Shown here: in pieces, positions 1 through 11,834 of the stretch | Layout of the letters: each line of letters opens with the position of its first letter | Numbering within the stretch: position 1 is the stretch's first letter | Assembly: GCF_963921235.1 (NCBI RefSeq) | Contig: NC_086108.1 | Span: forward strand, 65,350,001 to 65,414,000 | Direction: 5' to 3' | Length of the DNA stretch: 64,000 nt | From: Mobula hypostoma | Lineage: Eukaryota | Program-made: the position numbers and the translations under genes | Notes under the pieces: generated by a model | The model's input: the letters and a program-made list of their open reading frames with translations, nothing else | Databases searched by the model: none | Told to the model about the DNA's origin: nothing

Positions 1-2165
1 GCTTCCAGAAATTCCAGCCATTGCTGCTCTGCCAACATCCCTACCAGTGTTCTTTTCCATCAATTCTGGCCAGCTCCTCTCTCATGCCTCTGTAATTCCC
101 TTTATTTCGCTGTAATGTGGTCACTTGCCCCTCAGGATCTTTTGACCTTTCAGCTTCTAATCAATTCTGGGTCATCGCACAAAACTCAACCCAGAACAGT
201 TGATTCTCTAATGGGCTCAACCACGAACTGCTCTAAATAGCCATCTCACATGCACTCTAGAAATTCTCCACCCTGGAATCCAGCGCCAACCTGATTTTCC
301 AATCTCCCTGCATATTGAAGTCCCCCATGACTATTGTAACATTCCTCTTTAGCATGCATTTTCTATCTCCCGTTGTAATTTGTAGGCTACATCTTGACTA
401 TCTTTTGGGGTCTGTGTACAACTTCCATCAGGGTCTTTTTACCCTTGCAGTTCCTTAGCTCTATTCATATGATTTAACACCTTCTGACCCTATGTCACCT
501 CTTTCTAATGATCTTTTATCAATAGAACAGCACTGCCCCTTCTGCCTTCCTGCCTGTCCTTTCAATAAAATATGCATCCTTGCACATTAAGCTCTCAGCT
601 ATAATCTTATAGTCATGATTCTGTGATGCCTACAACATCATACACGGTAATCTGCAACTGTGCTGCAAGTTCCATATACTGCATGCATTCAAATACACCT
701 TCAGTGCTGCATTCACCCTTTTTGATTTTGTCTGTCTTTTATGTTATAACTCAGGCCTGTTGACTGAGGTATGGTACAACCGCAGTTTTATAAGACCGCA
801 ACATTACTTCATGGCTATTGAAATCAATCCTTCAACTAAGGAAGGCCACATACTATACATCTTCTTAACCACCCTATCAACTTTCACAGCAACTTTGAGG
901 TATCTATGGATGTGGACACCAAAATCCCTGTTCCTCAACACTGTTGAGAATCTTGCCATTAACTCTGTATTGGAGAAGATGGCGGTGTGACACAGCGCGC
1001 AGCAGCCACTCTGGTGAATGATAGTTGTAATCTGTCAAGTAGGGTGCCGTGCACAATCCTGATTTGATGAAGACAGACGTGAGAGCATGGAGGAACATCT
1101 GGAGAAATTTCTGAAATGCCTTTTTCACTGCCACTGCTACAGTGTGATCCAGAATCTCCGGAGAAGGCCCTGAGTCCTCGGCTTTGCTTGTTGCTCGGTG
1201 GCCGGGATGAGATCGAAGCGCTCGGGAGGCTGTATCGGAGGGGCTGGTCGGAGGCTCGACGTTTTTGGATGGACTCAGGGTCAGCTGTGGTCGGGCGCTT
1301 CCAATGCATTGGCAGTTGTTGGCGCCTGGAGGTTTATGGCAGGGAGAGTTTCTCCCTTTTGCCGCCCGCTATCGGGAGTCGATCGGAACTTTGAGACTTT
1401 GTTTTACCATGCCCATGGTCTGCTCTTTATCAAATTATGGTATTGTTCTGTACTGCTGTAACTATATGTTATAATTATGTGGTCTTGTCAGTGTTAGTCT
1501 TTGGTTTGTCCTGTTTTTATTTGTGATATCACTCTAGAGGAACATTGTATTATTTCTTAATGCATTTCTAAATGACAATAAGCGAGGACTGAATGTCCTC
1601 ACAATCTAATCTAATCTACTTTGTCTTCAAGATCAATCTTCCAATGTATCACTTCACACTTTACTGGATTGAACTCCATCTGCCACTTCTCAGCCCAGCT
1701 GTGCATCCTACCAATGTCCTGTGGTAACCCATTACAACCTTCTGCACTATCCACAACTCCACCAACATTCGTGTTATCTGCAAATTTACTGAACCACTCT
1801 TCTATTTCTTCATCCAAGTCATTTATAAAAATCACAAAGAGCAGGGGATCCAGAACAGATCCCTGTGGAATACCACTGGGGCTTCCAGAGAGAATATGCT
1901 CCATCTACTACCCATCCTCTGCTTTTTGTGGGTAAACTAATTCCCAATCCATGCAGCCAAGTTTCCTCAGATCCCACGCCTCCAGGCTTTGCTGAATAAA
2001 TCTACCAAGAGGAACGGGTCAAACTCATTTCCAAAACCCTTTTACACATCTCTTGCTCTACATCAATTTGCTTTGTCATATCCTCAATGAATTCAATCCA
2101 GTTTATGAGGCATGACCTGCCCCTCACAAAGCTATACTAACCATCCTTAATCAGACTAATCCCTA
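1..2165 (-). mobile_element. Decayed CR1-type LINE fragments (endonuclease and RT), interrupted by an insertion
   Basis: ORF 1611-1904 contains GIPQGSVL..LFVIFINDLD..SKFADNT..WAEKWQMEFNP. Endonuclease-like remnants at 1-720. Confidence 0.8.
974..1618 (+). mobile_element. Non-autonomous non-LTR element (SINE-like) with an (AATCT)n tail
   Basis: Starts AGAAGATGGCGG, has a CpG-rich body, ends AATAAG...(AATCT)3, and interrupts CR1 sequence. Confidence 0.6.
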
Positions 2166-2262
2166 TTCAAGGAAAGCAATGTTGGCATCTTAGAAAAATT
2201 GCTATAAGATGTCCTTTTAATTTGAATTGTCCTATTATAATTAATTTTAAAAAGACACGTAC

Positions 2263-2336
2263 CAAAGGTAGTATTATTTGTGCAGTTTTCTGGCTCTTGT
2301 GTTATATCACTTATCTTGGGAGCATCACAGATATAT
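2263..2336 (-). CDS. TM2D1: TM2D1 coding exon 2 (74 nt); gene continues past the window start
   Basis: Encodes (Q)YICDAPKISDITQEPENCTNNTTF, matching TM2D1 YICKDPKINDATQEPVNCTN. Acceptor TGTAG at 2341-2337, donor GTACGT from 2262. Confidence 0.92.
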
Positions 2337-3328
2337 CTACAGCAATAGTTAAGGAACTTTCTTGTTTTTACAAATTCTGTACAAACATACATGATTATAT
2401 ATCATGTTTTACTCATTAATATTTCAAATTGCTCACTATTATAACAAACCCATTGTTTAAAATATTTTCAAATGATTTAATAGTAAAGGAAAGGTACGTC
2501 GCATCCGGAATTTCTCTGGTCAGCGGAAGATTTCCCTCCACGCCTCTCTGATGTAGTGGGGAACCGCATAAGAGGCAAGTTACAGCAGTGGTTTGCCATT
2601 GCCTTCTGCCGGGTGAGTTTCCAAGAGATCATTAGCTTGTAATGCAGCACGGATGCAGGGGAGTCGGCTGGATTCGAACTTGAGACCTTTCGTTCCGAAG
2701 TCTGGCAATGACGCCACTACGCCACCAGCTGGGTCCGATTTAATAGTATTGTTTACAATTACATATTTATATATTAATTTAATTTGTATTATGCTCAGAA
2801 GAAACCTACACACTTCCATAACCCCAAAAAACCCTCAATTTAATACCGATCTTGGTGTACTAGTAAATTTCGGTACAACACATATTGCAATAAGCAAAAT
2901 TGGTATGTTAAAATTACGGTCGCCTTAACCTTACTGGCTGTCGTTAATAAGGGAAAGCATTAAAGCTCGGTATAAAAGTTATGCACCGCGTCAATGTATT
3001 TATTATACATACACACACTATTATCGTACAATGGAGATAAAGCATTCGGAATCTTTTAGTTCCTCTCGTTTATATATTAGTTTTTAGTGCGACCAGTTTA
3101 CTAGCCGATCACGGAAAAGAAACGCCTTCTAAGTGCCATATTTTATAAGAAAATCTTATTCATTAGCGTCACTCCGGCTCCTTAAGCAGAATCAGCCGAG
3201 AACAGAACCTGATCATGGAAAGAATAAACAACTTGTTCCTACTTGTGACTTCTAACAAAACCACCGAACCTGCTTATCCCGACAAACAATTTACCCACAA
3301 AAAACAATGACGATAATATAAAGGATAT
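2337..3328 (-). other. TM2D1: U12-type (minor spliceosome) intron with AT-AG termini
   Basis: 5' site ATATCCTTT (3328-3320), branch site TTCCTTAAC (2356-2348), terminal AG at 2338-2337. Splicing here restores G-Q-Y-I-C. Confidence 0.88.
2486..2736 (-). mobile_element. tRNA-headed SINE with RTE-type body
   Basis: A box TGGCGTAGTGG, B box GTTCGAATCC, RTE-like GAAGGCAATGGCAAACCAC. 12-bp TSD GATTTAATAGTA at 2474-2485 and 2737-2748. Confidence 0.85.
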
Positions 3329-3444
3329 TGCCCAAGTCGCAGTTCCTCGCATTTTTCGACATCAACAGAAAGAACATTTAACAAATAAGGACACAGGAAG
3401 GCAGTCGACAGCCACAGCGACCACCGCTCCCTGGGCAACGCCAT
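3329..3444 (-). CDS. TM2D1: TM2 domain-containing protein 1, coding exon 1
   Basis: ATG at 3444 in AAGATGGCG context. Encodes MALPRERWSLWLSTAFLCPYLLNVLSVDVEKCEELRLG(Q): a signal-peptide-like stretch followed by a match to TM2D1 KCEDLKVGQY. Ends in phase 2 before ATATCCTTT. An in-frame upstream ATG lies at 3453. Confidence 0.9.
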
Positions 3445-3760
3445 CTTGAACATAATCACATGACCACCAAGACGGAAGCGCGTTAGAGATTTACTCCCAG
3501 AACACACTTCGGTTCGGAAGGTTATCGAACTAAACTGCAGAATCGGTTGCTGTTTCTTAATGGTCCCTCCCAACCGAAAATTACTTAATTCTGAGTTGGC
3601 TGATGGTGCTAGTGAAAGACACTAGGTCAGTGGGGAGAGGTGTGCGCTCATAATTGCTGTTTTTTTTGGGTTTCTCAATGCCACCCCAAAGCTCTTCTCA
3701 TTTTGGGTTGTCAAGAGTTAGAGGATTCCGATCTGTCCGTGCGAATGTTACACGTTTTTT
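3445..3760 (-). promoter_or_regulatory. Putative TM2D1 promoter/5'UTR
   Basis: CpG-enriched segment directly upstream of the ATG with several CGGAAG/CTTCGG ETS-like motifs. TSS not determined. Confidence 0.5.
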
Positions 3761-4280
3761 TCTCCCAAGGAGGCTTTGAGATCATTGACTAATAATTAAA
3801 TAACAATAATAAAAAAATCCTTGCGTAATAAAACAATGGAGGGTTCTGGGGTGTGTAGGAGAGAAGGGTTAGATTGATTGTGGAATAGGCTTCCTATAAG
3901 TCAGTACAACATTGTGGGCAGAAGGGTTTAATTTCTGAAGTCAAACTGGTAACCTTTGCCATGAAGGAGCTTGGAACAGAGTGCTGGCTGCTGGATCTGG
4001 GAAGACGTGGAGTGCTAATTGGATTCAACTGGTTATAATAGATCTTCAGTGTTAGGGATGTTGGCTTGGAACCATTGGTCATTTGTCCTTTCAGTGGATT
4101 TGGAGGATTTTGCAGAGATAGCACAGGTGGTATGTCTTTAGAAGCTTGAGGTCCCTGCATAAATCAAAAGTGTACAGGAGGGCAGGGTTCACTGCTGTCA
4201 AGTAAATCATGAGCTACATATTGGATTCAAAGTCCTAATCTTTGAATATGGCCTTAGAGGGCTTTAAGTTGTGCTGGCAC

Positions 4281-4781
4281 TGTTGTTGCGTGAACAAAGT
4301 CACCAGAGGGAAGCTCTGGTAGGTATGAAGCAGACTCTTTATTCGACAAAATATCACAAATAAACTGACAGCCTTTGGAGTTATGAGAGAGTGTGCAGAG
4401 GAAAAGGGAGGGAGGTCCTTTTGGAGCAAAAGATTGCCTGGCCCCAACATTACATGCTAAAGATCAAAGGTAAATTCAGGCTAAGCTCAAAGGACAATTC
4501 CATATTTACAATGCTTCCTTTGAACCACATGTTACCATTTCAAACCCACCATCACACCTCCCTGTTTGCACCTATATTACAGACACCTAAATACATACAA
4601 GTACCAAATTTAAATTAGCATAGTCTGTTCTTCCAATTAACCCGGTTCACAGTAATTGGAACGCAGTGTTCAGAGATGCACTTTAGATTTAATCCACAAT
4701 CCGTATTCAAATCTGAAGTCTAGTGGCTGAAGTCAGTAAAGCTATTTACTACATGTACTATCGCCAAAAAATCACTCAACA
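4281..4781 (-). mobile_element. Probable solo LTR
   Basis: TGTTG...CAACA termini, flanks GGCAC/GGCGT, minus-strand AATAAA near 4340. Confidence 0.6.
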
Positions 4782-4803
4782 GGCGTATTGAAGAGGATGT
4801 TAA

Positions 4804-4963
4804 AATTGAGAGGTGATTTTATACATATGGGGGTTGATGAGTCCAGCCATGGGCCTTTATTATGAAGGACATTGTAACTGAGAGGTGACTTTATACATAT
4901 GGGGGGTGATGAGTCCGGCCATGGGCCTTTATTATGAAGGGCAGTGTAATTGAGAGGTGACTT
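4804..4963. repeat. Tandem repeat, 72-bp unit, about 2.2 copies
   Basis: Units begin at 4804, 4876 and 4948 with AA(T/C)TGAGAGGTGA. Confidence 0.9.
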
Positions 4964-5170
4964 CAGTTTTGCAGATATGATTTGAATGAGTAGACCATTA
5001 CAAAAATCTACACAAACTAGAGGACATTAGTTTAAGGGGCAAGAGATTTAGAGGGGATCTGAAGGGGTACTTTTCACCCAGAAAGTGGTTAGCACCTGGT
5101 ATGCATTTCTGGCTAATGGTGGAAGCAGAGATACTGAGAGCATTGAAGAAGTGTCGAGGAAAGCACTTAA

Positions 5171-5263
5171 GCAACATACGCAAATTGCTGGAGGAACTCA
5201 GCAGGCCAGGCAGCATCTATGGAAAAGAGTACAGTTGATGTTTCAGGCCAAAACCCTTTGAGA
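5171..5263 (-). mobile_element. Short Penelope-like terminal fragment inserted in a CR1 3' end
   Basis: GCTGGAGGAACTCAGCAGGCCAGGCAGCATCTAT family end. TSD AAAGCACTTAA at 5160-5170 and 5264-5274. Confidence 0.8.
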
Positions 5264-5871
5264 AAAGCACTTAAAACACCCAGTCATAGAAAGCTACAGG
5301 TCAAGTGCTGAAAGTTGGGATTAATGTGGGTGTTCATTGGTCTGTGTAAACATAGTGGGTCGAATCACCTGGTTCCATGCTGTATGACTTTCTCCAAAAA
5401 TGACTTGGAGCTCACCCTCTCAATTTCTGTTGCTGATCTTACAATGGCTTGGTAACTAAAGATGAAGTAGTTTGTTTCTGGTGTAGAGGTGACTAAGTTA
5501 AATAATTTCCCATTTGTCCCACAGTTTAATTCTGTTCCACTCAGAAGCTTAGTAAAAGAAAGGTGCAACAATTTTGGTGACAAAGACGATAAAAGTGCTG
5601 GGACAATCATGCAGCTTTGTTTGATAACAGTTTGCATTTGACTAGTACTGTAAAGCATCTTTTCATTTCGATCAGGACTCATATGCCATCATAAAGCAGA
5701 CAGAAGTGAATTTCTGTGGGTAGTCCAATTTGAGAAAGATGCTTCAGAGTCTTTTTCTATTGATGGAGTCAAAGACCTTTGTGAAGTTAAAGAAAAGTAT
5801 TAAGATTGATACTGCTCTCTGTATATCCCTTGGGACCGAATCACAATCTTCTGGAAAGACAACTACAATTA

Positions 5872-8188
5872 GTTAGGACAAGTGACGGAAGTCTGTGTAG
5901 GGGAGCACTTTGGTTCCAGTGATCATAACACCATTAGTTTCAACTTGATTATGGATAAAGATAGATCTGGTCCTAGGGTTGAGGTTCTAAACTGGAAGAA
6001 GGCCAAATTTGAAGAAATGAGAAAGGATCTAAAATGCGTGGACTGGGACAGGTTGTTCTCTGGCAAGGACGTGATCGGTAAGTGGGAAGCCTTCAAAGGA
6101 GAAATTTTGAGAGTGCAGAGCTTGTATGTTCCTGTCAGGATTAAAGGCAAAGTGATTAGGAATAAGGAACCTTGGTTCTCGAGGGATATTGCAACTCTGA
6201 TAAAGAAGAAGAGAGTTGTATGACATGTATAGGAAACAGAGAGTAAATAAGGCGCTTGAGGAGTATAAAGAGTGCAAGAAAATATTTAAGAAGGAATTCA
6301 GGAGGGCTAAAAGAAGACATGAGGTTGCCTTGGCAGTCAAAGTGAAGGATAATCCAAAGAGCTTTTACATGTATATTAAGAGTAAAAGGATTGTCAGGGA
6401 TAAAATTGGTTCTCTTGAAGATCAGAGTGGTCAGCTATGTGCGGAACCAAAAGAAGTGGGGGAGATCTTAAATGGTTTTTTTGTGTCTGTATTTACTAAG
6501 GAAACTGGCATGAAGTCTATGGAATTAAGGGAAACAAGTAGTGAGATCATGGAAACTGTACAGATTGAAAAGGAGGAGGTGCTTGCTATCTTGAGGCAAA
6601 TTAAAGTGATTAAAGTGGATAAATCCCCAGGACCTGACAGGGTATTCCCTCGGACCTTGAAGGAGACTAGTGTTGAAATTGCAGGGGCCCTGGCAGATAT
6701 ACTTAAAATGTCGGTGTCTACAGGTGAGGTGCCGGAGGATTGGAGAATGGCTCATGTTGTTCTGTTGTTTAAAAAAGGATTGAAAAGTAATCCGGGAAAT
6801 TATAGGCTGGTAAATTTGTCGTCGGTAGTGGGTAAGTTATTGGAGGGTGTACTAAGAGACAGAATCTACAAGCATTTGGATAGACAGGGACTTTTTAGGG
6901 AGAGTCAACATGGCTTTGTGCACGGTAGGTCGTGTTTGACCAATCTATTGGAGTTTTTCGAGGAAGTTACCAGGAAAGTGGATGAAGGGAAGACAGTGGA
7001 TGTTGTCTACATGGACTTCAGTAAGGCCTTTGACAAGGTCCTGCATGGGAGGTTAGTTAGGAAAATTCAGTCGCTAAGTATATATGGAGAGGTGGTAAAT
7101 TGGATTAGAGATTGGCTCAATGGAAGAAGCCAAAGAGTGGTAGTAGAGAATTGCTTCTCAAAATGGAAGCCTGTGACTAGTGGTGTGCCACAGGAATCAG
7201 TGCTGGGTCCATTGTTATTTGTCATCTATATCAATAATCTGGATGATAATGTGGTAAATTGGATCAGCAAATTTGCTGATGATACAAAGATTGGAGGTGT
7301 AGTGGACAGTGAGGAAGGTTTTCAAAGCTTGCAGAGGGATTTGGACCAGCTGGAAAAATGGGCTGAAAAATGGCAGATGGAGTTTAATACAGACAAGTGT
7401 GAGGTATTGCACTTTGGAAGGACAAACCAAGGTAGAACATACAGGGTAAATGGTAAGGCACTGAGGAGGGCAGTGGAACAGAGGGATCTGGGAATACAGA
7501 TACAAAATTCCCTAAAAGTGGCGTCACAGGTAGATAGGGTCGTAAAGAGAGCTTTTGGTACATTGGCCTTTATTAATCAAAGTATTGAGTATAAGAGCTG
7601 GAATGTTATGATGAGGTTGTATAAGGCACTGGTGAGGCCGAATCTGGAGTATTGTGTTCAGTTTTGGTCACCAAATTACAAGAAGGATATTAATAGGGTT
7701 GAAAGAGTGCAGAGAAGGTTTACAAGGATGTTGCCGGGACTTGAGAAACTCAGTTACAGAGAAAGGTTGAATAAGTTAAGACTTTATTCCCTGGAGTGTA
7801 GAAGAATGAGGGGAGCTTTGATAGAGGTATATAAAATTATGATGGGTATAGATAGAGTGAATGCAAGCAGGCTTTTTCCACTAAGGCAAGGGGAGAAAAA
7901 AACCAGAGGACATGGGTTAAGGGTGAAGGGGGAAAAGTTTAAAGGGAACATTAGGGGAGGCTTCTTCACACAGAGAGTGGTGGAAATGTGGAATGAGCTG
8001 CCAAATGAGGTGGTAAATGCGGGTTCTTTTTTAACATTTAAGAATAAATTGGACAGATACATGGATGGGAGGTGTATGGAGGGATATGGTCCGTGTGCAG
8101 GTCAGTGGGACTAGGCAGAAAATGGTTCGGCACAGCCAAGGAGGGCCAAAAGGCCTGTTTCTGTGCTGTAGTTTTTCTATGGTTTCTA
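5872..8188 (+). mobile_element. Young 5'-truncated CR1-clade LINE with near-intact ORF2
   Basis: End of the AP endonuclease (GSSDHN), one frameshift near 6215, then a 632-aa ORF (6216-8114) with YMDFSKAFDKV and SKFADDTK. Short 3' UTR ends in TTCTATG-like repeats. Confidence 0.95.
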
Positions 8189-8556
8189 ATTCCAAAACCA
8201 ACTGTTTGGTCAGGGAAGAGGAGTGTTGGAGAGCCATGATAATAACTTTTCACATAGCTGACAGAAGTAGTTACCCCAAATGGACTTATATTTACTTTTC
8301 AATATGATTATAATTACTGAGTCTCTCAGATCTTCTTGAACATCCGTGCCCCCCCCCCAACTCACCATGCCATCCCCAACCATATCCTAGGTGTGGGAAA
8401 TGAGGTTGTGACTATGTGAATTTCGTAAGTTCCTTTCGAACAAATTGTAGAACTTCAGCAGTGATGCCTCCTGCTTCTTTTTATTTTCAGTCGGAGTGTG
8501 ACTTCTTAGGGTTCTTACCTGTCAGGGATGCTGGTCAGACTCAGCCAGAAAATTTG

Positions 8557-8900
8557 CTATGGAACTGAGTCAATAATATTCACATTCAGCACAAAGTCAT
8601 AGTTAAGTTGTTCTTTAAATAATTCCTTCCAGTGTGCCTCCCAAACCTTGATAAGTTCATTTGAATTCTGGCACTCAGTAGGATGTACTGCTGGATATTT
8701 GTTTTTCACAGTGCTGACGAATCTGTACGTCATGGTTATCATCGAGCTGCTGGATCTCCTCTGCTGTTTTCACCCACCATCTGTTCTTTAGGTCATGAGC
8801 TTTCTTTTTCACCTTGTCCTTCAAATACTATGAGCTACTCCTTTACTGTTGATCTTTTACTTAACTCTACCTTGTTTACTTGTTGTTTAACAAGTTGTGG
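8557..8900 (-). mobile_element. Old RTE-like LINE remnant
   Basis: ORF fragment HWKELFKEQLN..IDSVP resembles the RTE ORF2 linker. Confidence 0.4.
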
Positions 8901-9815
8901 ATGGCCTGAACAGTCTTAATAAGCCAGTTATGGCATTTCTGGAAATATGAGTTTTTACATAGTTGCTAACTATGCTGAACTTAAGGGCAATCTGTGCCAG
9001 GTGGTCACTTTATGCCTTCAGTTTGGTTCAAGATCATCAGGTTGTAATAAGGGATCTTAACGGAATTACCCTTTGGTGTCCTTGAGATGGGGACACTGGA
9101 TTAGGCAGTGATCACTCCCCATTATCACTGGTACCTATAATGTATTCATAACGCAGACATCTTGCAGTTTTTGATAACATATCCTGACAGGTGAGAATGC
9201 CAGCTGGGATGCTGCCATTAGGCTTAGTGATTTTCTCTGAGGGTGTTGGTTATGGCAAGACTGCGCTGTATACATTTCGTCAGGACCTTGATGAAGTTCA
9301 TTTTCCTTACTCCTCATTACCTTGTGCCTTGCCAGAAGATTGTATCTGTCACCTTGGCTTGATGGTGCTCAAGAAGACCTCCATTTCTCCTTTTGGGATG
9401 CAGGCTGGAGTGTGTGAACTGGGTAGAAGCCCTTCATGGCCACATCTGTAGTTTTCAGGCTCTGAGGATAAATGGGAATGACCATAGAATGTTAATTCTG
9501 CTTTTGAGACAGTTGGAACCGATTATGCATAAACACAAAAGTGAAATATTGATTTTGCATTAATATGGAACTGAATATTTTCAATAGTAAATACAAAACA
9601 GGCACAATATTCATCACTGCGTACATTTACAAAGCAGAAGGATCACTAAACACAGATATGAAACTGAAATACTAGTGACGGCACCAACATAATTATAAAG
9701 CACATCTCTGCATAGTTATAAACCTGAGGTGTAACTATAATCAATACAAAAAGGAAGCACAATTGTACATAAAATCTTGATATACACATTAAGTGCAACA
9801 CTGTAGCAGAAAGGT

Positions 9816-11547
9816 AATTGTGTATTTGATATTTCAATAATATCTGAGTAATCTTGTATAATCTTAAGCATTCCAGTTTATTTAAATCATTAATTACAGC
9901 TTATATGTAAAAATATGTTAATTGCATATGTTGTCACACTACCACGTGATGTGTACACCTCATTTAAAGTAAAGATGAAGTTACACCTTCATTCCCGAAC
10001 TGGACCCCAGAGTCTTTCTTTAATTTAATTTAATGTTTTGAAGTTACAAAACATCGCATTGGTGGAGAGGTATTTTTACAACAAACCCAAGACGGCTACC
10101 GACCTGATAAATGCAGCAAGATGTTCAACTTAAAAAAAAATGCAGCCAGGACCCAGTCTGGTACGTGTAGTGAGACGGCTGAGTTCTTAAAAAGATTGCA
10201 TGACAGCACATTTTCTTTGAACGATTTTTTAAAAAGTAAGAAAATGGAAAAATTCACATGTTCGTAAAGAGTGAGTTATGTCTAATAATAATCATTTAAG
10301 AAGAATCAGAAATGGTAGGCTAATTCAGAGAGACGGATGAGTTTGGTTACACAACAGGCCATTGGCTCATATGTACTGAGCTATTGGAATAGTATTTTGA
10401 AGCAAATGAAACAGCCATTGAGAAGCGCGTGCCAATTTTACTGTGTTTATTGGGTTTAAGTGAATGCAATTTGCTTTGAAGCTTGTCTGCTCCCACCAAA
10501 CCATCAGAAGTGAGCTTTGCTGTTGTAAAAGCAGATGCAAATTCCAAAGCCTAGCTGAATGAATGGAAGGCCAGAAAGAAAGAGGTCAGTGGAGATAGGA
10601 AAACAGAGGACTTGTCAGATGATGTTGAGAATGAAGAAACCAAGAGGAGCGATCAGATCATAAAGGGAGCAATAGAAGGATTAAAAAGAGAATACTTCAG
10701 TGAACTAAATGCACCGTCCAAGATCAAGATGCACAAAGTAGAAGATAAGTGGCACAGTAGTGCAGTGTGGTGACCCAGGTTCAATTCCTGCCACCTGCCT
10801 GTAAGGAGTTTGTACATTCTCTCTGAGACTGTGTGTGTTTCCAAAGACATACCATTTGGTAGGTTAATCAGTCATTGTAAATTGTCCCATGATTAGGCTC
10901 AGATTAAATCTGGGGGTCACTGGGCAGTATGACTTAAAAGGGACGGAAGGGCCTAGTCCATGCTGTATCTCAATAAAAATAGAAAGAAAAGGGAAGAAGG
11001 AAGGTGGCTACTGCTGTCAGAACCACTTCTTACAGAGTCAACTCCTACAACCCCTGCTGAGGAGGCCCCAGAACCTGAGATTGTTTCACAGCCAGAAGTC
11101 TCACCTGCCAAGTTGAGTGATTCCTACTTGTCAGGAACAACATTATTCCACAAGACATTCTCCACAGTGAAATCTTTAAGTCTGAATGGGACAATTTAAA
11201 ATTTACTATGCTATGGATGTCTTTATATAGTGGTTGTATTATACAGTATATTGTGTATATAGCATTCTATATTAAGTTTATAGCTAAGCAGGGAGGAGCG
11301 TTGTGTATTTGATATTTAAATAACATTTGAATAATCTTGATTATATTTTGTTTGATTAAGCATTCATGTTTGTTTGCATAATTCATTATGGGTTATATGT
11401 AAAAATACAGTAACTCCATACGTGATCATAATACCACGTGATACATGCGTGCCTACTTAGAGTAAAGATGATGATACACCTGTATTCCTGGACTCCCTGT
11501 GTCTTTCTTTGAAATAATTTAATGTTTTGAAGTTACAAAACATAACA
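9816..11547 (+). mobile_element. Internally deleted Gypsy LTR retrotransposon
   Basis: Diverged LTRs of about 245 bp (about 9816-10058 and 11299-11547), both ending GAAGTTACAAAACATnnCA. PBS-like TTGGTG follows the 5' LTR and PPT AAGCAGGGAGGAG precedes the 3' LTR. A gag remnant (YFEANE..EKRVPILL..APTKPSE) lies at about 10310-10520. Confidence 0.85.
10750..10980 (+). mobile_element. V-SINE/HE1-like SINE nested in the Gypsy element
   Basis: tRNA-like head (GGTTCAATTCC), GTAAGGAGTTTGTACATTCTC core, GAAGGGCCT..GCTGTATCTC tail. Confidence 0.75.
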
Positions 11548-11834
11548 ATAATACTTAAATGTTATTATATTCACTAATCAACAAGGAAGCCCAATCTTTA
11601 TTTAAATAAAATATTGGCACCAAGAATGTCTATTCATGTGTAACAGTACAGCATCAAAGCTCAATTAGACATGAATACAATACTCAAACACACTACAGTA
11701 GCAACACAGTGGTGCTTCAAGTACAGTAATAAACTATGAGAATAGGAAATGGGGAAATAAATGGAATAATGGGATTGCTCTGACACTCAATATGCACTTG
11801 TATTAAAACTGAAGTAAAGCTATACCTAGATTGG

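Noticed and set aside
2660..2736. Possible tRNA gene
   Set aside because: It is the head of a TSD-flanked SINE, lacks a proper acceptor stem, and continues into a SINE body.
4835..4945. TGATGAGTCC in the 72-bp repeat resembling a hammerhead core, or the repeat resembling a CRISPR array
   Set aside because: There is no CTGA start and no GAAA after a stem. The units have no unique spacers, and the DNA is eukaryotic.
6216..8114. 632-aa ORF as a host gene or prokaryotic retron-like RT
   Set aside because: It has typical CR1 ORF2 motifs and 3' tail, and related decayed copies occur throughout the window.
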